A stretch of DNA of 64,000 bases from Desulfatiglandales bacterium. Lineage in GTDB: Bacteria > Desulfobacterota > DSM-4660 > Desulfatiglandales > Desulfatiglandaceae. Made by a program: the position numbers and the translations under genes. The stretch covers positions 7,296,001 through 7,360,000 of the forward strand of contig OY759599.1 of NCBI GenBank assembly GCA_963662465.1, given 5' to 3'. The first letter of the stretch is position 1; each line of letters starts with the position of its first letter. Under the pieces are notes generated by a model. It was not told where the DNA came from. It ran no database searches and was given only the letters and a program-made list of their open reading frames with translations. This document shows, piece by piece, positions 31,340 through 41,175 of the stretch.

Positions 31340-31930
31340 ATGGAAAAGTTGGTGGGCTATGATCCCTCCTTTGCCGAGGAGGTTTTCCAGAATGTGGATT
31401 CTGGGGATGAAATCAAAATGTGCATGAATTGCGGCGTTTGCGCGGCATCCTGCCCATTGCGGGAGCATATGGATTACCCGCCGAGGCAGATATTCTCTCT
31501 GATTCGGGCCGGCAAACGAGAACTGGTCCTTGGCAGCAAGGCTATCATGCTATGTACCTCCTGTTACACGTGCGCGGTGAAGTGCCCCAGGTCTATCCCG
31601 GTGATAGATGTGATGCATGGGTTGGCCCACTATGCCCTCAAGAAGGGGTATATGCCGCGGGTGGAAACGGCCCGGTTCGGAAAAGAATTCTGGAATCAGG
31701 TGTACCGACTGGGTCGTGTGGACGAAAAAGATCTTCCCAGGCGGGTGTTTTTTGCCGGTGGATTTGCGGAAGGAATTAAAAAGATGCTCAACTTCATGGA
31801 TATCGGCATCAAATTGATGCTTCACCGGCGTATGAAGTTGCTGCCCGAACGAAAAATAAAGGGGATAAACTCCTTGCAGAAGATGCTGGATAAGGCGGAA
31901 CGGATGGGTAAAGGGGGGGCCGTGCGATGA
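31340..31930 (+). CDS. hdrC: Heterodisulfide reductase subunit C-like 2x[4Fe-4S] protein
   Basis: CMNCGVCAASCP and CTSCYTCAVKCP; 196 aa with no membrane/heme domain, so not QmoC. Confidence 0.92.
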   Translation: MEKLVGYDPSFAEEVFQNVDSGDEIKMCMNCGVCAASCPLREHMDYPPRQIFSLIRAGKRELVLGSKAIMLCTSCYTCAVKCPRSIPVIDVMHGLAHYALKKGYMPRVETARFGKEFWNQVYRLGRVDEKDLPRRVFFAGGFAEGIKKMLNFMDIGIKLMLHRRMKLLPERKIKGINSLQKMLDKAERMGKGGAVR

Positions 31931-32805
31931 AATATTTTTTGTATTGGGGATGCAGCCTGGAAGGTAGCGGCGCCAATTTTCTGGTTTCCCTGAAACCCCC
32001 CTGTGAAGCCCTGGGCATGGAGTTCCTGGAGATAGAAGACTGGAACTGCTGCGGGGCCAGCGTATCTTATGCGGGGGCCGGTGATCTGGCCATCAAAGTG
32101 TTGAATGCGCGGAACCTGGCCCTTGCTGAAGCCGAGGGCGGTTACGATGTGGTGGCGCCTTGCAGCTCGTGCTATATTCAAATGATCAAGGTGAACCACG
32201 AGATCAAGGAAAACCCCAAACTGTTGGACGAGGTGAATGCCTGCCTCTCGGAAGGGGGGCTCCGGTACAACGGAAACCTGAATGTACGTCATATTCAAGA
32301 TGTGCTGTTTAATGACATCGGCGTCGACAAGATTAAGGAAAGGGTGGTTAAACCTTTGAACGGACTCAAAGTGGCCGGATATGTGGGTTGCCAGTCCGTC
32401 CGTCCCTATGGGGAATACGACAGCATGAATAAACCGGTGGTCCAGGATCGTCTTCTCGAGGCCCTGGGCGCGGAAGCGGTGCCGTTTCCCAGCAAAATAA
32501 AGTGCTGCGGATCAGGAATTTTCCTGCCTGAAATGGATTACTGCATGGAACTGGTGAAGAATATCCTGGAAGACGCGCTTAATCACGGCGCCGATCTCAT
32601 TTCCACGGTCTGTCCCATGTGCGCCATGAACCTGGAGCTTTATCAGGGTCGCATCAACGACAAATATGGAACGAATTTTGATGTTCCCATCGTCTATTTA
32701 ACCCAGCTGATGGCCGTTGCCTTCGGTATGGATATGAAAAAGGACGCTGCCCTGAATTATAATGTGATTCCACCGGAAGGCGTGATACGGGCGGCCATCG
32801 GTTGA
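31927..32805 (+). CDS. hdrB: Heterodisulfide reductase subunit B-like CCG-domain protein
   Basis: GC..DWNCCGA..PCSSC and GC..KCCG..CPMC. Confidence 0.93.
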   Translation: MKYFLYWGCSLEGSGANFLVSLKPPCEALGMEFLEIEDWNCCGASVSYAGAGDLAIKVLNARNLALAEAEGGYDVVAPCSSCYIQMIKVNHEIKENPKLLDEVNACLSEGGLRYNGNLNVRHIQDVLFNDIGVDKIKERVVKPLNGLKVAGYVGCQSVRPYGEYDSMNKPVVQDRLLEALGAEAVPFPSKIKCCGSGIFLPEMDYCMELVKNILEDALNHGADLISTVCPMCAMNLELYQGRINDKYGTNFDVPIVYLTQLMAVAFGMDMKKDAALNYNVIPPEGVIRAAIG

Positions 32806-32832
32806 CTGCCGGAAACACCTTAATATCATACG

Positions 32833-32882
32833 AAACCAAATCCTCGGCGGGATGTTGCATTCGAGGGTTTGGTTTTTCTTTT
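32833..32882 (+). terminator. Hairpin/terminator after hdrB
   Basis: AAACCAAATCCTCG ... CGAGGGTTTGGTTT followed by a T-rich tail. Confidence 0.55.
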
Positions 32883-32900
32883 ATATAATGGAGACAAAAC

Positions 32901-33170
32901 ATGACAGATCAGGAAACGCCTAAATGCCATTATTGTGGCAGCGAAATGAAAAAATGGGGTGTGCCCCCCGATTCCACATGGGGATGCGAGTTCCTGTGGG
33001 TATGCTTTAATGATGACTGCGCTTACTTTCAACGGGGCTGGGATCACATGATGAAAACCCAGGAGGTCAAAGCCTCTTACCGAAACTGCGTGAGCCCTGA
33101 AACCGGAAACCGAAGTCCGCTTCCCTGCTGGTCGTACGATGCGTTGAAAGATAGAATTATTGAGGATTAG
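32901..33170 (+). CDS. Small zinc-ribbon-like protein
   Basis: CHYC...VCFNDDC; GGAGA RBS. Confidence 0.75.
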   Translation: MTDQETPKCHYCGSEMKKWGVPPDSTWGCEFLWVCFNDDCAYFQRGWDHMMKTQEVKASYRNCVSPETGNRSPLPCWSYDALKDRIIED

Positions 33171-33178
33171 GCAACACC

Positions 33179-33946
33179 ATGAAAAAAATTGGACGAAACG
33201 ACCCCTGTCCCTGCGGCAGCGGTAAAAAATTTAAAAATTGCCATCTGGGCAAGGAAGATCAATTGACCCATGAAAGCGCCGCCGGTGAGTTTTCTCCCGA
33301 GGATAGCGCACGCATAACGGGTTTGCCGCGGGTCTCATACGGTCGATCCCGGGAGCTGCTTGACGGGTTGGACATTCAGAAACTCACGGGTTCTTCGGCG
33401 GGCGTAAAATTTATTGATTTGGCCGCCTATAAGGAACTCGACCTGGCGGATGCGCGGCGCTCTGAAAAGGATGGGACAGGCGAGGGCGGGGTTCTGATAA
33501 ACGTATTGAAAACCAAAATTACCGACCCGACCCATCTCTATCTGGCCATTTCTCCTGAAATCGGCGACAGCGCCCTCATCCACCAATTGGCCCATGTGCT
33601 GGACTATCTGGGCGGGTCAAAGCTTATGCCAGGCCTGGCAAAACCCCTCAGCTTTGATGTGGGCATTCCCGGGGAACACCTGGAGCATCCCTATGAGTAT
33701 GGTTACTGGCTGACCTACCTGCAAAAAGAATTTGATGTGCAACTGGACGCCGATGACGCCATTGTCGCCTTTTTATTCGAAAACGACATGCTGATTAAGG
33801 GCCGGGACATTGAACAACAGGATCAGGTTCTCTTGAGAGCCAAATCAGAGCGCATGATGCGGTTTATGAGCCAGAAAAGTGGGGAAATTGATGCGCTGAT
33901 TTGCGAACGTCCGGGATATATTGGGAGCCGGGTACATAAGGACTGA
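33179..33946 (+). CDS. SEC-C metal-binding motif protein
   Basis: N-terminal [18 protein letters not shown]; an HQLAH motif later. Confidence 0.85.
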   Translation: MKKIGRNDPCPCGSGKKFKNCHLGKEDQLTHESAAGEFSPEDSARITGLPRVSYGRSRELLDGLDIQKLTGSSAGVKFIDLAAYKELDLADARRSEKDGTGEGGVLINVLKTKITDPTHLYLAISPEIGDSALIHQLAHVLDYLGGSKLMPGLAKPLSFDVGIPGEHLEHPYEYGYWLTYLQKEFDVQLDADDAIVAFLFENDMLIKGRDIEQQDQVLLRAKSERMMRFMSQKSGEIDALICERPGYIGSRVHKD

Positions 33947-34028
33947 ATCAGGTGGCAAGTATTTTTGCGTATAGCTCGGTAACATTTATCCAACAGAAGA
34001 CAACGAAATTTGTGTCGGCGAGAAATAT

Positions 34029-35270
34029 ATGGACAAAAACCAATCAGAGATTCAGCACGAGCAACGGGATACATACGATGATGAAATTGAGCTTATGGAT
34101 CTCCTTCAGGTTCTATGGAAGTGGAAGTATCTTATTGTGCTGGGAACATTTGCCTGTGTATTGATTGCTGGGATTGTTAGCTTTAGCATGACGAAGGTCT
34201 ACAGCATCAATACGGTTTTGATCCCCGGTATTGCCAGAGTCGATGCCAGTGGAAAAATCACCTATATCGGTTCTCCTCAGGAAATTAAGACATTGATCGA
34301 AACCGGAGCTTTTGAAAGCACTATTTTCAGTCGTCTGGGTGATTTTAAGAAAGAGGATTTGCCTGAGGATTTTCAATTTAAAGTGAAAGTCCCCAAGGGT
34401 TCAAATGTGTTGGAGGTTGCCTACGAAACGTCTCAAGTGGAGCTCGGTGTCCAGGTTTTGATCTACCTTAATCAGGCCCTACTGGAAAAATTTGATGGTA
34501 TTGTGAAATATTTCAAAGAAGAATACGCCGTGCAGATCGGCTTAAAGACCAGTGAGGCGTCCAAGACGATTGAGAAGATCGATACGGCAAGAAATGAGAT
34601 TTTAACCTCCGATGCGAAAACAAGGGCCGAGATAGAGGAAAAAAGGAATGGAATGCTTACCATCAAGTCTCAAATTGCGGCTAAACAGGCCCAGATAGGG
34701 AATTTGAAAAAAAGAATTGAGGAACTCCAATTAGAAATCAGCCGCATCAGCAGAAATACCGATTTGTTGATTGAGGAGAGAACCAAATTTCTGGGCAGGA
34801 AGACGACGGACGACAATGTTTTGTCAGCTGTCGTGTACAGCAATACGATTCAACAGAGCATCAGCTACTTGAATGAACTGCGTGGGGAAACCAGCCTCAT
34901 ACAGGATGAAATCTATAATTCCGAGGCCGATGTAGATGCCATGGGAAATAAAGTCAAAGATCTCCAAGCCCAAGTTGTTACTCTGAAAGAACTTACAACA
35001 TATAAAAAGGAAACGTTAAAAGCAGAGATTGCGGCTTTGGAAAGCGGAAAAACATTTATTATTGAAGAAATGAAAAATCTGGAATTCAAAAAGAACCATG
35101 TGCAGAATATCCAGGTCCTTCAGCCTCCCAAAAGCAGCTTTTATCCCGTTAAGCCCAAAAAGTTGCTTAATGTATTGCTGGCTGGCGTGGTGGGTCTGTT
35201 TTTGACTGTTTTCCTCGCTTTTTTCATTGAATATATTTCCAGGCACAAAAGTGATGAGTTCAATGGTTGA
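34029..35270 (+). CDS. wzz: Polysaccharide chain-length determinant (Wzz/PCP family)
   Basis: DDEIELMDLLQVLWKWK, TM - coiled coil - PVKPKK - TM architecture. Confidence 0.88.
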   Translation: MDKNQSEIQHEQRDTYDDEIELMDLLQVLWKWKYLIVLGTFACVLIAGIVSFSMTKVYSINTVLIPGIARVDASGKITYIGSPQEIKTLIETGAFESTIFSRLGDFKKEDLPEDFQFKVKVPKGSNVLEVAYETSQVELGVQVLIYLNQALLEKFDGIVKYFKEEYAVQIGLKTSEASKTIEKIDTARNEILTSDAKTRAEIEEKRNGMLTIKSQIAAKQAQIGNLKKRIEELQLEISRISRNTDLLIEERTKFLGRKTTDDNVLSAVVYSNTIQQSISYLNELRGETSLIQDEIYNSEADVDAMGNKVKDLQAQVVTLKELTTYKKETLKAEIAALESGKTFIIEEMKNLEFKKNHVQNIQVLQPPKSSFYPVKPKKLLNVLLAGVVGLFLTVFLAFFIEYISRHKSDEFNG

Positions 35271-35302
35271 ATTTTGAAAAACGGTTTTCGCTTAGAAAGG
35301 AC

Positions 35303-35457
35303 GGCTCATCGTGGATTCGCGTGAGATTTGGCTTCTGAGCCGATTGTAGGTGCGACTTCAGTCGCACATTAAGCCGACCCTGTGCGACTGAAGTCGCACC
35401 TACAGCCCGAACCGAAACAATCTCAAAGCGCGATTTCACGTTAATCCGCGATGAACC
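35303..35457. mobile_element. MITE (83-bp core) with 8-bp target duplication, carrying an inserted REP doublet
   Basis: Ends GGCTCATCG/CGATGAACC; GAAAGGAC on both flanks; an uninterrupted inverted copy lies at 63372-63454. Confidence 0.85.
35345..35404. repeat. REP doublet (REPIN-like)
   Basis: TGTAGGTGCGACTTCAGTCGCACA ... TGTGCGACTGAAGTCGCACCTACA: perfect inverted pair, each with GTAG plus an internal hairpin. Confidence 0.85.
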
Positions 35458-35471
35458 GAAAGGACAATAGA

Positions 35472-36617
35472 ATGAAAGTTCCACTGCTTGATCTAAAGGC
35501 GCAATTGAATTCAATTGAAAATGAAGTAAAGGATGCCGTTAATGAAGTCATCGATTCCACCCGTTATATTATGGGACCCAAGGTGGAAGCCTTGGAGAGT
35601 CAAATTGCCGCCTATACGGGTGTGAAATATGGCATAGGCGTTTCATCCGGTACAGATGCGCTGCTGGTTTCCCTCATGGCTTTGGATGTTAAACCTGGCG
35701 ATCTGGTGGTTACCACTCCCTTTTCGTTTTTCGCTACGGCAGGCGTTATCGCCAGGTTGAACGCCGTGCCGGTGTTTGTGGACATTGACCCAGACACCTA
35801 CAATATGAGTCCCCTTGCATTGCGACGATGGTTTGAAAAGCACCCGGAAGAAGCCCACCGTGTCAAAGCCATTATTCCCGTTCATCTTTACGGCCAGTGC
35901 GCCCAAATGGATCCCATCTGTGAACTGGCGAATACCCATGGCATCCCCATTGTTGAAGACGCAGCGCAAGCCATTGGAGCAGAATACCCCTCTAAATCGG
36001 GACCCAAAAAAGCGGGTAGCATGGGGACTCTCGGTTGTTTTTCCTTTTTCCCCAGTAAGAACCTGGGTGGCATGGGAGACGGAGGTATGGTGGTCACTGA
36101 TGACCCCGGGTTGCATGAAAAATTGAAAATGCTGCGAAACCATGGCGCCAATCCAAAATATTATCATGCCATGATCGGCGGCAATTTTCGTCTGGACCCC
36201 ATACAGGCGGCGGTTCTTTTAGTGAAACTGCCCTACCTGGACCAATGGCACGCCATGAGACAGCAGAATGCCGCCTATTATGATGAAAAACAAAAGGATC
36301 TTGTCGTCAAGACGCCGGTCATCGCCTATCAGCGGCAGAGCCACATCTACAACCAGTATGTGATTTCAGTTCCCGAAAAGCGGGATGAGCTGAGACAATT
36401 CCTGGCCGACAACGATGTCAACACCGAAATTTACTACCCGGTCTCCTTTCACATGCAGGCCTGTTTCAGTGAATTGGGTTACCGGGAAGGTGATTTTCCC
36501 GAAAGTGAATATGCAGCCCAGCATACCATCGCCCTGCCGGTTTACCCTGAATTGACGGATGAGATGCAGGATTACGTGGTGGACAGAATAGAAGCTGGCT
36601 TTGACTACCGCCCTTAG
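35472..36617 (+). CDS. DegT/DnrJ/EryC1/StrS aminotransferase
   Basis: SSGTDAL, PVHLYGQ, EDAAQAIG and SFFPSKNLG. Confidence 0.95.
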   Translation: MKVPLLDLKAQLNSIENEVKDAVNEVIDSTRYIMGPKVEALESQIAAYTGVKYGIGVSSGTDALLVSLMALDVKPGDLVVTTPFSFFATAGVIARLNAVPVFVDIDPDTYNMSPLALRRWFEKHPEEAHRVKAIIPVHLYGQCAQMDPICELANTHGIPIVEDAAQAIGAEYPSKSGPKKAGSMGTLGCFSFFPSKNLGGMGDGGMVVTDDPGLHEKLKMLRNHGANPKYYHAMIGGNFRLDPIQAAVLLVKLPYLDQWHAMRQQNAAYYDEKQKDLVVKTPVIAYQRQSHIYNQYVISVPEKRDELRQFLADNDVNTEIYYPVSFHMQACFSELGYREGDFPESEYAAQHTIALPVYPELTDEMQDYVVDRIEAGFDYRP

Positions 36618-36715
36618 CCCATTTTGATGCCTCGGAAGTGTCTATCGGCAAATGCTTTGATGTTGTTTCACCGGAAGTATTGCCTGCTTTAAACATAAAA
36701 TAAATGAGGTAGACC

Positions 36716-37150
36716 ATGGAAGAGTTGTTTGAACTGAAATCTTATATACAACAGGGAAATTATGCTGCGGCTTTGAATTTGCTGGGAGAGATGGAAGAGA
36801 TGAGCCGTGACGACAAGATCAATAAAATATTCAGTTATGCCGAGGTCCTGCTTATCCACCTGATCAAACAAAATGCCGAAAAAAGATCAACCCGGTCCTG
36901 GGAGGCTTCCATAAGAAATTCGGTTTATCGTATCGGTTACACAAATAAACGCAGAAAATCCGGAGGATGCTACCTCAGCCGGGAAGATCTGGAAGAAGTC
37001 ATCCAGGATGCCTGGCCCACTGCCTTGATTTCCGCATCTCTGGAAACCTTGGAAGGGCGATATGATGATGAATCGCTTGCCCTTGTGATAGATGAAAAAG
37101 AAATTAAAAAAAATGCGTTAAAATTCGTATTGGATACAACCGGCAGATGA
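36716..37150 (+). CDS. DUF29-family protein
   Basis: EMEEMSRDD..LLIHLIK..RSWEASIRN pattern. Confidence 0.75.
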   Translation: MEELFELKSYIQQGNYAAALNLLGEMEEMSRDDKINKIFSYAEVLLIHLIKQNAEKRSTRSWEASIRNSVYRIGYTNKRRKSGGCYLSREDLEEVIQDAWPTALISASLETLEGRYDDESLALVIDEKEIKKNALKFVLDTTGR

Positions 37151-39352
37151 TTGGGTTTAGATCTTATCGTTCGCGTTTTAAATTTGCACTTCGATGAATT
37201 TCAAAATTTGGTAGAATGTACACTCGACACAGGGGATGATGTTCCGAAAACTGTGGATATGGAACCCCGTGTCGTCGTACTTGTCGAATAGTAATTCATG
37301 AATCTATCCCAAAAATCCATTTTGCAATATTATTAGGCTTTACCATCAAAAACGTTAGAAAAATTTACGTTTTTTAACTTTCATGAAATCATTGCAAGCT
37401 CCTGAGTTAACAGCCCTAATCCTTTATTGAGGAGTGAGTAAGCAGCTTCAATTTGAGATGGTTGCTCGGCGCCCTTGATAGGTTGCTTTTTGATAACCCC
37501 TGAAATCATTGGGTTTTTGAAATGGAGTTCAGAGCAAATTGAGAGCCATAGCCATTTCCAGCCTGTGTCCGTAACCCTATAGAATGACATGTTATTCTTC
37601 TTTTCGACAATTCCCCGGACCCTCAATTTGTTCATTTCATACCGGATTTGTGCAGGATTTCGAAAAGATTGGGGGAGGCTGTTGAGAAGATCCACTGTCC
37701 TGAAGCCATATGCATGGTATTTTGGCTTTAGAAGCTCTTGGGCCAGGGCGGTCTGACGATCTTTTCTGAAGTCCGGTGGGGTCACGTTGCGGCCAAGATG
37801 ATCTGAGACAGGCTTTTTGTAACGCTCCTCTTCTCCTTCTGAAATAGAGGCGATATCCACATCGGCACAGCATTCTAAAAATCGATCATTACATTCCACG
37901 CCTTCCCAAAGATAGGCCTGTAGATAGAGGACAGGTTTTTTAAGCCCCAGCGATTTGGGGTTATTGATGGTGGTCTCGGTGCGGATGTAATACCCGGTTT
38001 TGTTGTATTGCTTGATGGAGTTGCCTCGGAACCAGTGTTTGATGCACGCATTATTGTCATATAGCCGCCAGAAGGTCTTGGATGTTGATCGGCGATGGAG
38101 CCGACGATTGAAAATCTGAGCAATGGTCTCGGGCAATCCGAGACTGTGGAACTTATCCAAGAGCCTTTCAAAGAGGCTGGTGCAAAAACGCGCGGAACGA
38201 AACACAATATTAGAAGAAACTTCGACCTGGCTTGAATACCAGTCGTGATAAAGGAATTTGGATCGCCCAAGTCGGGTTGACATTTCCTTTGTCGAATTTG
38301 AAGAAAATATTCATCCAGTAGTTGATCCTGTTAAGTACAGCTCTGCCAGTGAGAGACGCAGCGGCTTTTTGAAGGGCCTCTGGATTTTCAACGTCAACAA
38401 ATGCGTTTTCGCTGAGCCTATATTTGATGCCAGCAATTCCCGCTCACCCTTGAAAGGCCTGAAAACAGTACATTTTGGTATTTCCTTTTCGTAAAGGTTT
38501 ACATTGAATGAATAACCCAGAAAGGCTTTTTTCTCAAATTTTCAAAAGAAATAAAAAAAAATTGGCATCTTTCAGGAAAAACTGGACTTTGGGAGCAACT
38601 TGAACGATGATTACTCCCTATGGGAATCACACGCCAAGAAAGAAAAAAACAAAAGGGCAAGATTGGAATTCGCAAGCATCTAAATGCAGACGCAATGCTC
38701 AAACGTTTGCATAAAGATTTTTCGGAGGTGTCTGACTATCGTGAGGATCCCGAAATCCCAATGGCGGATGCACTGATGTCCGGGTTTTCAATGTTTTCGC
38801 TCAAGGATCCCTCATTGCTTGCTTTTGATGGAAGAAGAAAAACCGATAGTAATCTGGCTGGAATATACCATATAGGAAAAGTTCCTTGCGACAGTCAGAT
38901 GCGCACTATTCTTGATGAAGTACTCGCAGAAGAACTTCGGAAACCGTTTAGGAATATCTTCTGGGAACTGCAAAGAGGAAAAGTGCTTGAACGTATGACT
39001 TTTTTCGAAGGATGTTATCTTCTATCTTTGGATGGAACGGGCTTTTTCTCTTCGAAAAAGCTCTACTCTGATAATTGTTTGGTAAAAGTATCGAAAAAAA
39101 CCCTTCAACGCTAATCAAAACTGAACCAAGTTTGCTAATGGAAATTGAACCATTGGCTGTCACCGCCAGTGAGTACGGCCCTCAGGTATAGCGGACGATG
39201 AGGGATCCATAAGTGGCGGCAAAGGAGTCGTTGATGTAGATTTACTTTTCAATAAATTTTTATAAAATCTATTTTCTTTGGATTTGGTTTTCTTCTTCCA
39301 AGACAGAGGCTTGGTTAAGTGGAAATGCGATTTACTTTGTAGAATGGATGGT

Positions 39353-39388
39353 GAAGGCCCGAAGTAGCCGCTTCGGGCCTTCTTTTTT
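39353..39388 (+). terminator. Intrinsic terminator inside the transposon left end
   Basis: GAAGGCCCGAAG-TAGCCG-CTTCGGGCCTTC-TTTTTT. Confidence 0.8.
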
Positions 39389-39464
39389 GACCACCGGATA
39401 GAGCCGGAAGCCACACACACGCCAATTTTATATAAGTGTGTTTCCGGCCAATTGCAAGGCCGGA

Positions 39465-39881
39465 ATGATGGGAGATGTCCTTTTAAGAGTGGTTCAATGC
39501 CGATGTTGTGGTTGCTTTTTTCACGTCTGTCGGTCGTGTTGGCGTGGCCAGGCCTATTGTGGGGAACGATGTCGCAGGATACGCCAAAGACAGCTGCACC
39601 GGAAAGCTCAGGGGAAATACCGCAATTCGAAAAAAGGGAAAGAGCGCCGTCGTTTGTACGAAAAAACAAAAAAATCCAAAAAAAATGGACTGAACCCTGG
39701 TGATGATAGTTCAACACCTCAAAAAGACTGTGATATTGAACCCAAAAAGCGGTCGGGGAACCGACCCAGCTGTCTTTTTTGCGGGTCGATCGGGGTTGTT
39801 GTGGACCATTTTCCTCGCCGTGCTTATGCAGGGAGGGTTTTTTCAGATGTAACAGGCTTTGAGAAAACCCCATATCCATGA
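39465..39881 (+). CDS. Cys-rich basic hypothetical protein (putative zinc finger)
   Basis: CRCCG..CRSCWRGQAYC..C, a basic helix and C-terminal CLFC; first gene of a tightly packed operon. Confidence 0.7.
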   Translation: MMGDVLLRVVQCRCCGCFFHVCRSCWRGQAYCGERCRRIRQRQLHRKAQGKYRNSKKGKERRRLYEKTKKSKKNGLNPGDDSSTPQKDCDIEPKKRSGNRPSCLFCGSIGVVVDHFPRRAYAGRVFSDVTGFEKTPYP

Positions 39882-39893
39882 CAGGAGAAAAAA

Positions 39894-40313
39894 ATGATCA
39901 AAAAAAGAGTCCTTTTTCCCGAAAGAGTGCGTGTCATCAATGGAAGCTTCGGCTTTCTGGAGCATCGTTTTTTGAGAAACGGCTTTTGGGAGAGCCTGAA
40001 TCATCATGAGCTGCTGCTCTACATTTTTCTGGTGTTGGTATCTGACAAAAACGGGCTCTCTTATTATGGTTACGACAGAATCTGCCGGATTTTAAAGGTG
40101 CATTTGGATCAATATATCGATGCCCGCGATGGCTTGTTGGACAAGGATCTGATTGGGTTTGATGGCCGTCTGTTTCAGGTTCTTTCGCTTCCCAGACGTC
40201 CTGTGATTGTGAAACAGGTAAAGGAGATCCGGCAAGGAAATTGGGTCAGTCTTGGAGAAACCATAGAGGAAATCTTTCGGGAGACTGGGTATGGAATCCA
40301 TCCGAACCGTTGA
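39894..40313 (+). CDS. Hypothetical winged-helix protein (replication-initiator N-terminus-like)
   Basis: AGGAG RBS; LNHHELLLYIFL..GLSYYGYDRICRIL..ARDGLLDKDLI pattern. Confidence 0.7.
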   Translation: MIKKRVLFPERVRVINGSFGFLEHRFLRNGFWESLNHHELLLYIFLVLVSDKNGLSYYGYDRICRILKVHLDQYIDARDGLLDKDLIGFDGRLFQVLSLPRRPVIVKQVKEIRQGNWVSLGETIEEIFRETGYGIHPNR

Positions 40314-41175
40314 TATTCATTTGCTGGAGTTGCGTTACGCTCATTGCCGGATAATGAATCACCAGGCTTTAAAGCGATTGAGGGATTCCATCGAAACTTA
40401 CGGGCAGATCGTTCCGGCCCTGGCTATTGAAGAAAAAGACAAACTGATTCTGATTGATGGCTACCTGCGTGTTCGAGCGCTTTGTGCTTGTGGAAAGGAC
40501 CGGATATGTGTCCAATTCTCAAAAGAAAACGAACAAAATGCCATGTTTTCGCTTTTAACCAAGGCCAATGAACGGCAATGGGAAGTCATTGAGCAGTCTG
40601 TTTTACTTCAGGAATTACATCGGCGTTTTGGGTGCAGCCTCTCCCATATTGCAACCCGAATAGGGCGCGACAAGAGTTTTGTAAAACGGCGGCTGGACCT
40701 GGTTGAAGCCCTGCCGGAAAATATTTTGAGAACCGTGATTGCAGGCTCACTTTCAACCTGGGCTGCCAGCCGTGTCATGGCGCCGTTGGCGCGCGCCAAC
40801 GGTGAAGACGCACAAAAACTGTTGGCCCACCTGGAAAAAGAACCTCTATCCACAAGGGAACTGGCCCGTTTCTACGCACATTACCAGAAAAGCAACCGGT
40901 CTGTTCGAGACCACATGCTGGAAAATCCATCCCTTTTCATAAAAGTTCTCGAACAAAGAACCCAGTCTAAACAAGCCAAAGAAGTTCATGATGGACCGGA
41001 AGGCAAATGGTTCAAGGATATTGAAATGGTATATGCGGTTCTCAAACGTCTGGTGAAAACCGTTTCGCATGTCCATTACCCAAAAAGCGATCAGTTGAAG
41101 AAACAAACGCTCAAAACCTGGGTGAAAAAGATAGAAAAACAAGCACTGGAACTCAAGAAAGCGACCCAATTATGA
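40291..41175 (+). CDS. ParB/Spo0J-like protein
   Basis: LRDSIETYGQIVP..LIDGYLRVRAL (ParB N-domain GxxR motif) and HTH IATRIGRDKSFVKRRL. Confidence 0.85.
   Translation: MESIRTVDIHLLELRYAHCRIMNHQALKRLRDSIETYGQIVPALAIEEKDKLILIDGYLRVRALCACGKDRICVQFSKENEQNAMFSLLTKANERQWEVIEQSVLLQELHRRFGCSLSHIATRIGRDKSFVKRRLDLVEALPENILRTVIAGSLSTWAASRVMAPLARANGEDAQKLLAHLEKEPLSTRELARFYAHYQKSNRSVRDHMLENPSLFIKVLEQRTQSKQAKEVHDGPEGKWFKDIEMVYAVLKRLVKTVSHVHYPKSDQLKKQTLKTWVKKIEKQALELKKATQL

Noticed and set aside
31340..31930. Calling this gene qmoC
   Set aside because: It has no transmembrane heme-b domain and is followed by hdrB.
39160..39879. 239-aa minus-strand ORF in the transposon left end
   Set aside because: Overlaps the better-supported Cys-rich plus-strand gene and the terminator; no motifs.
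40291..41175. Plasmid or chromosome partition locus, or integrated plasmid
   Set aside because: No parA is present and the gene lies inside transposon IRs with a TSD.
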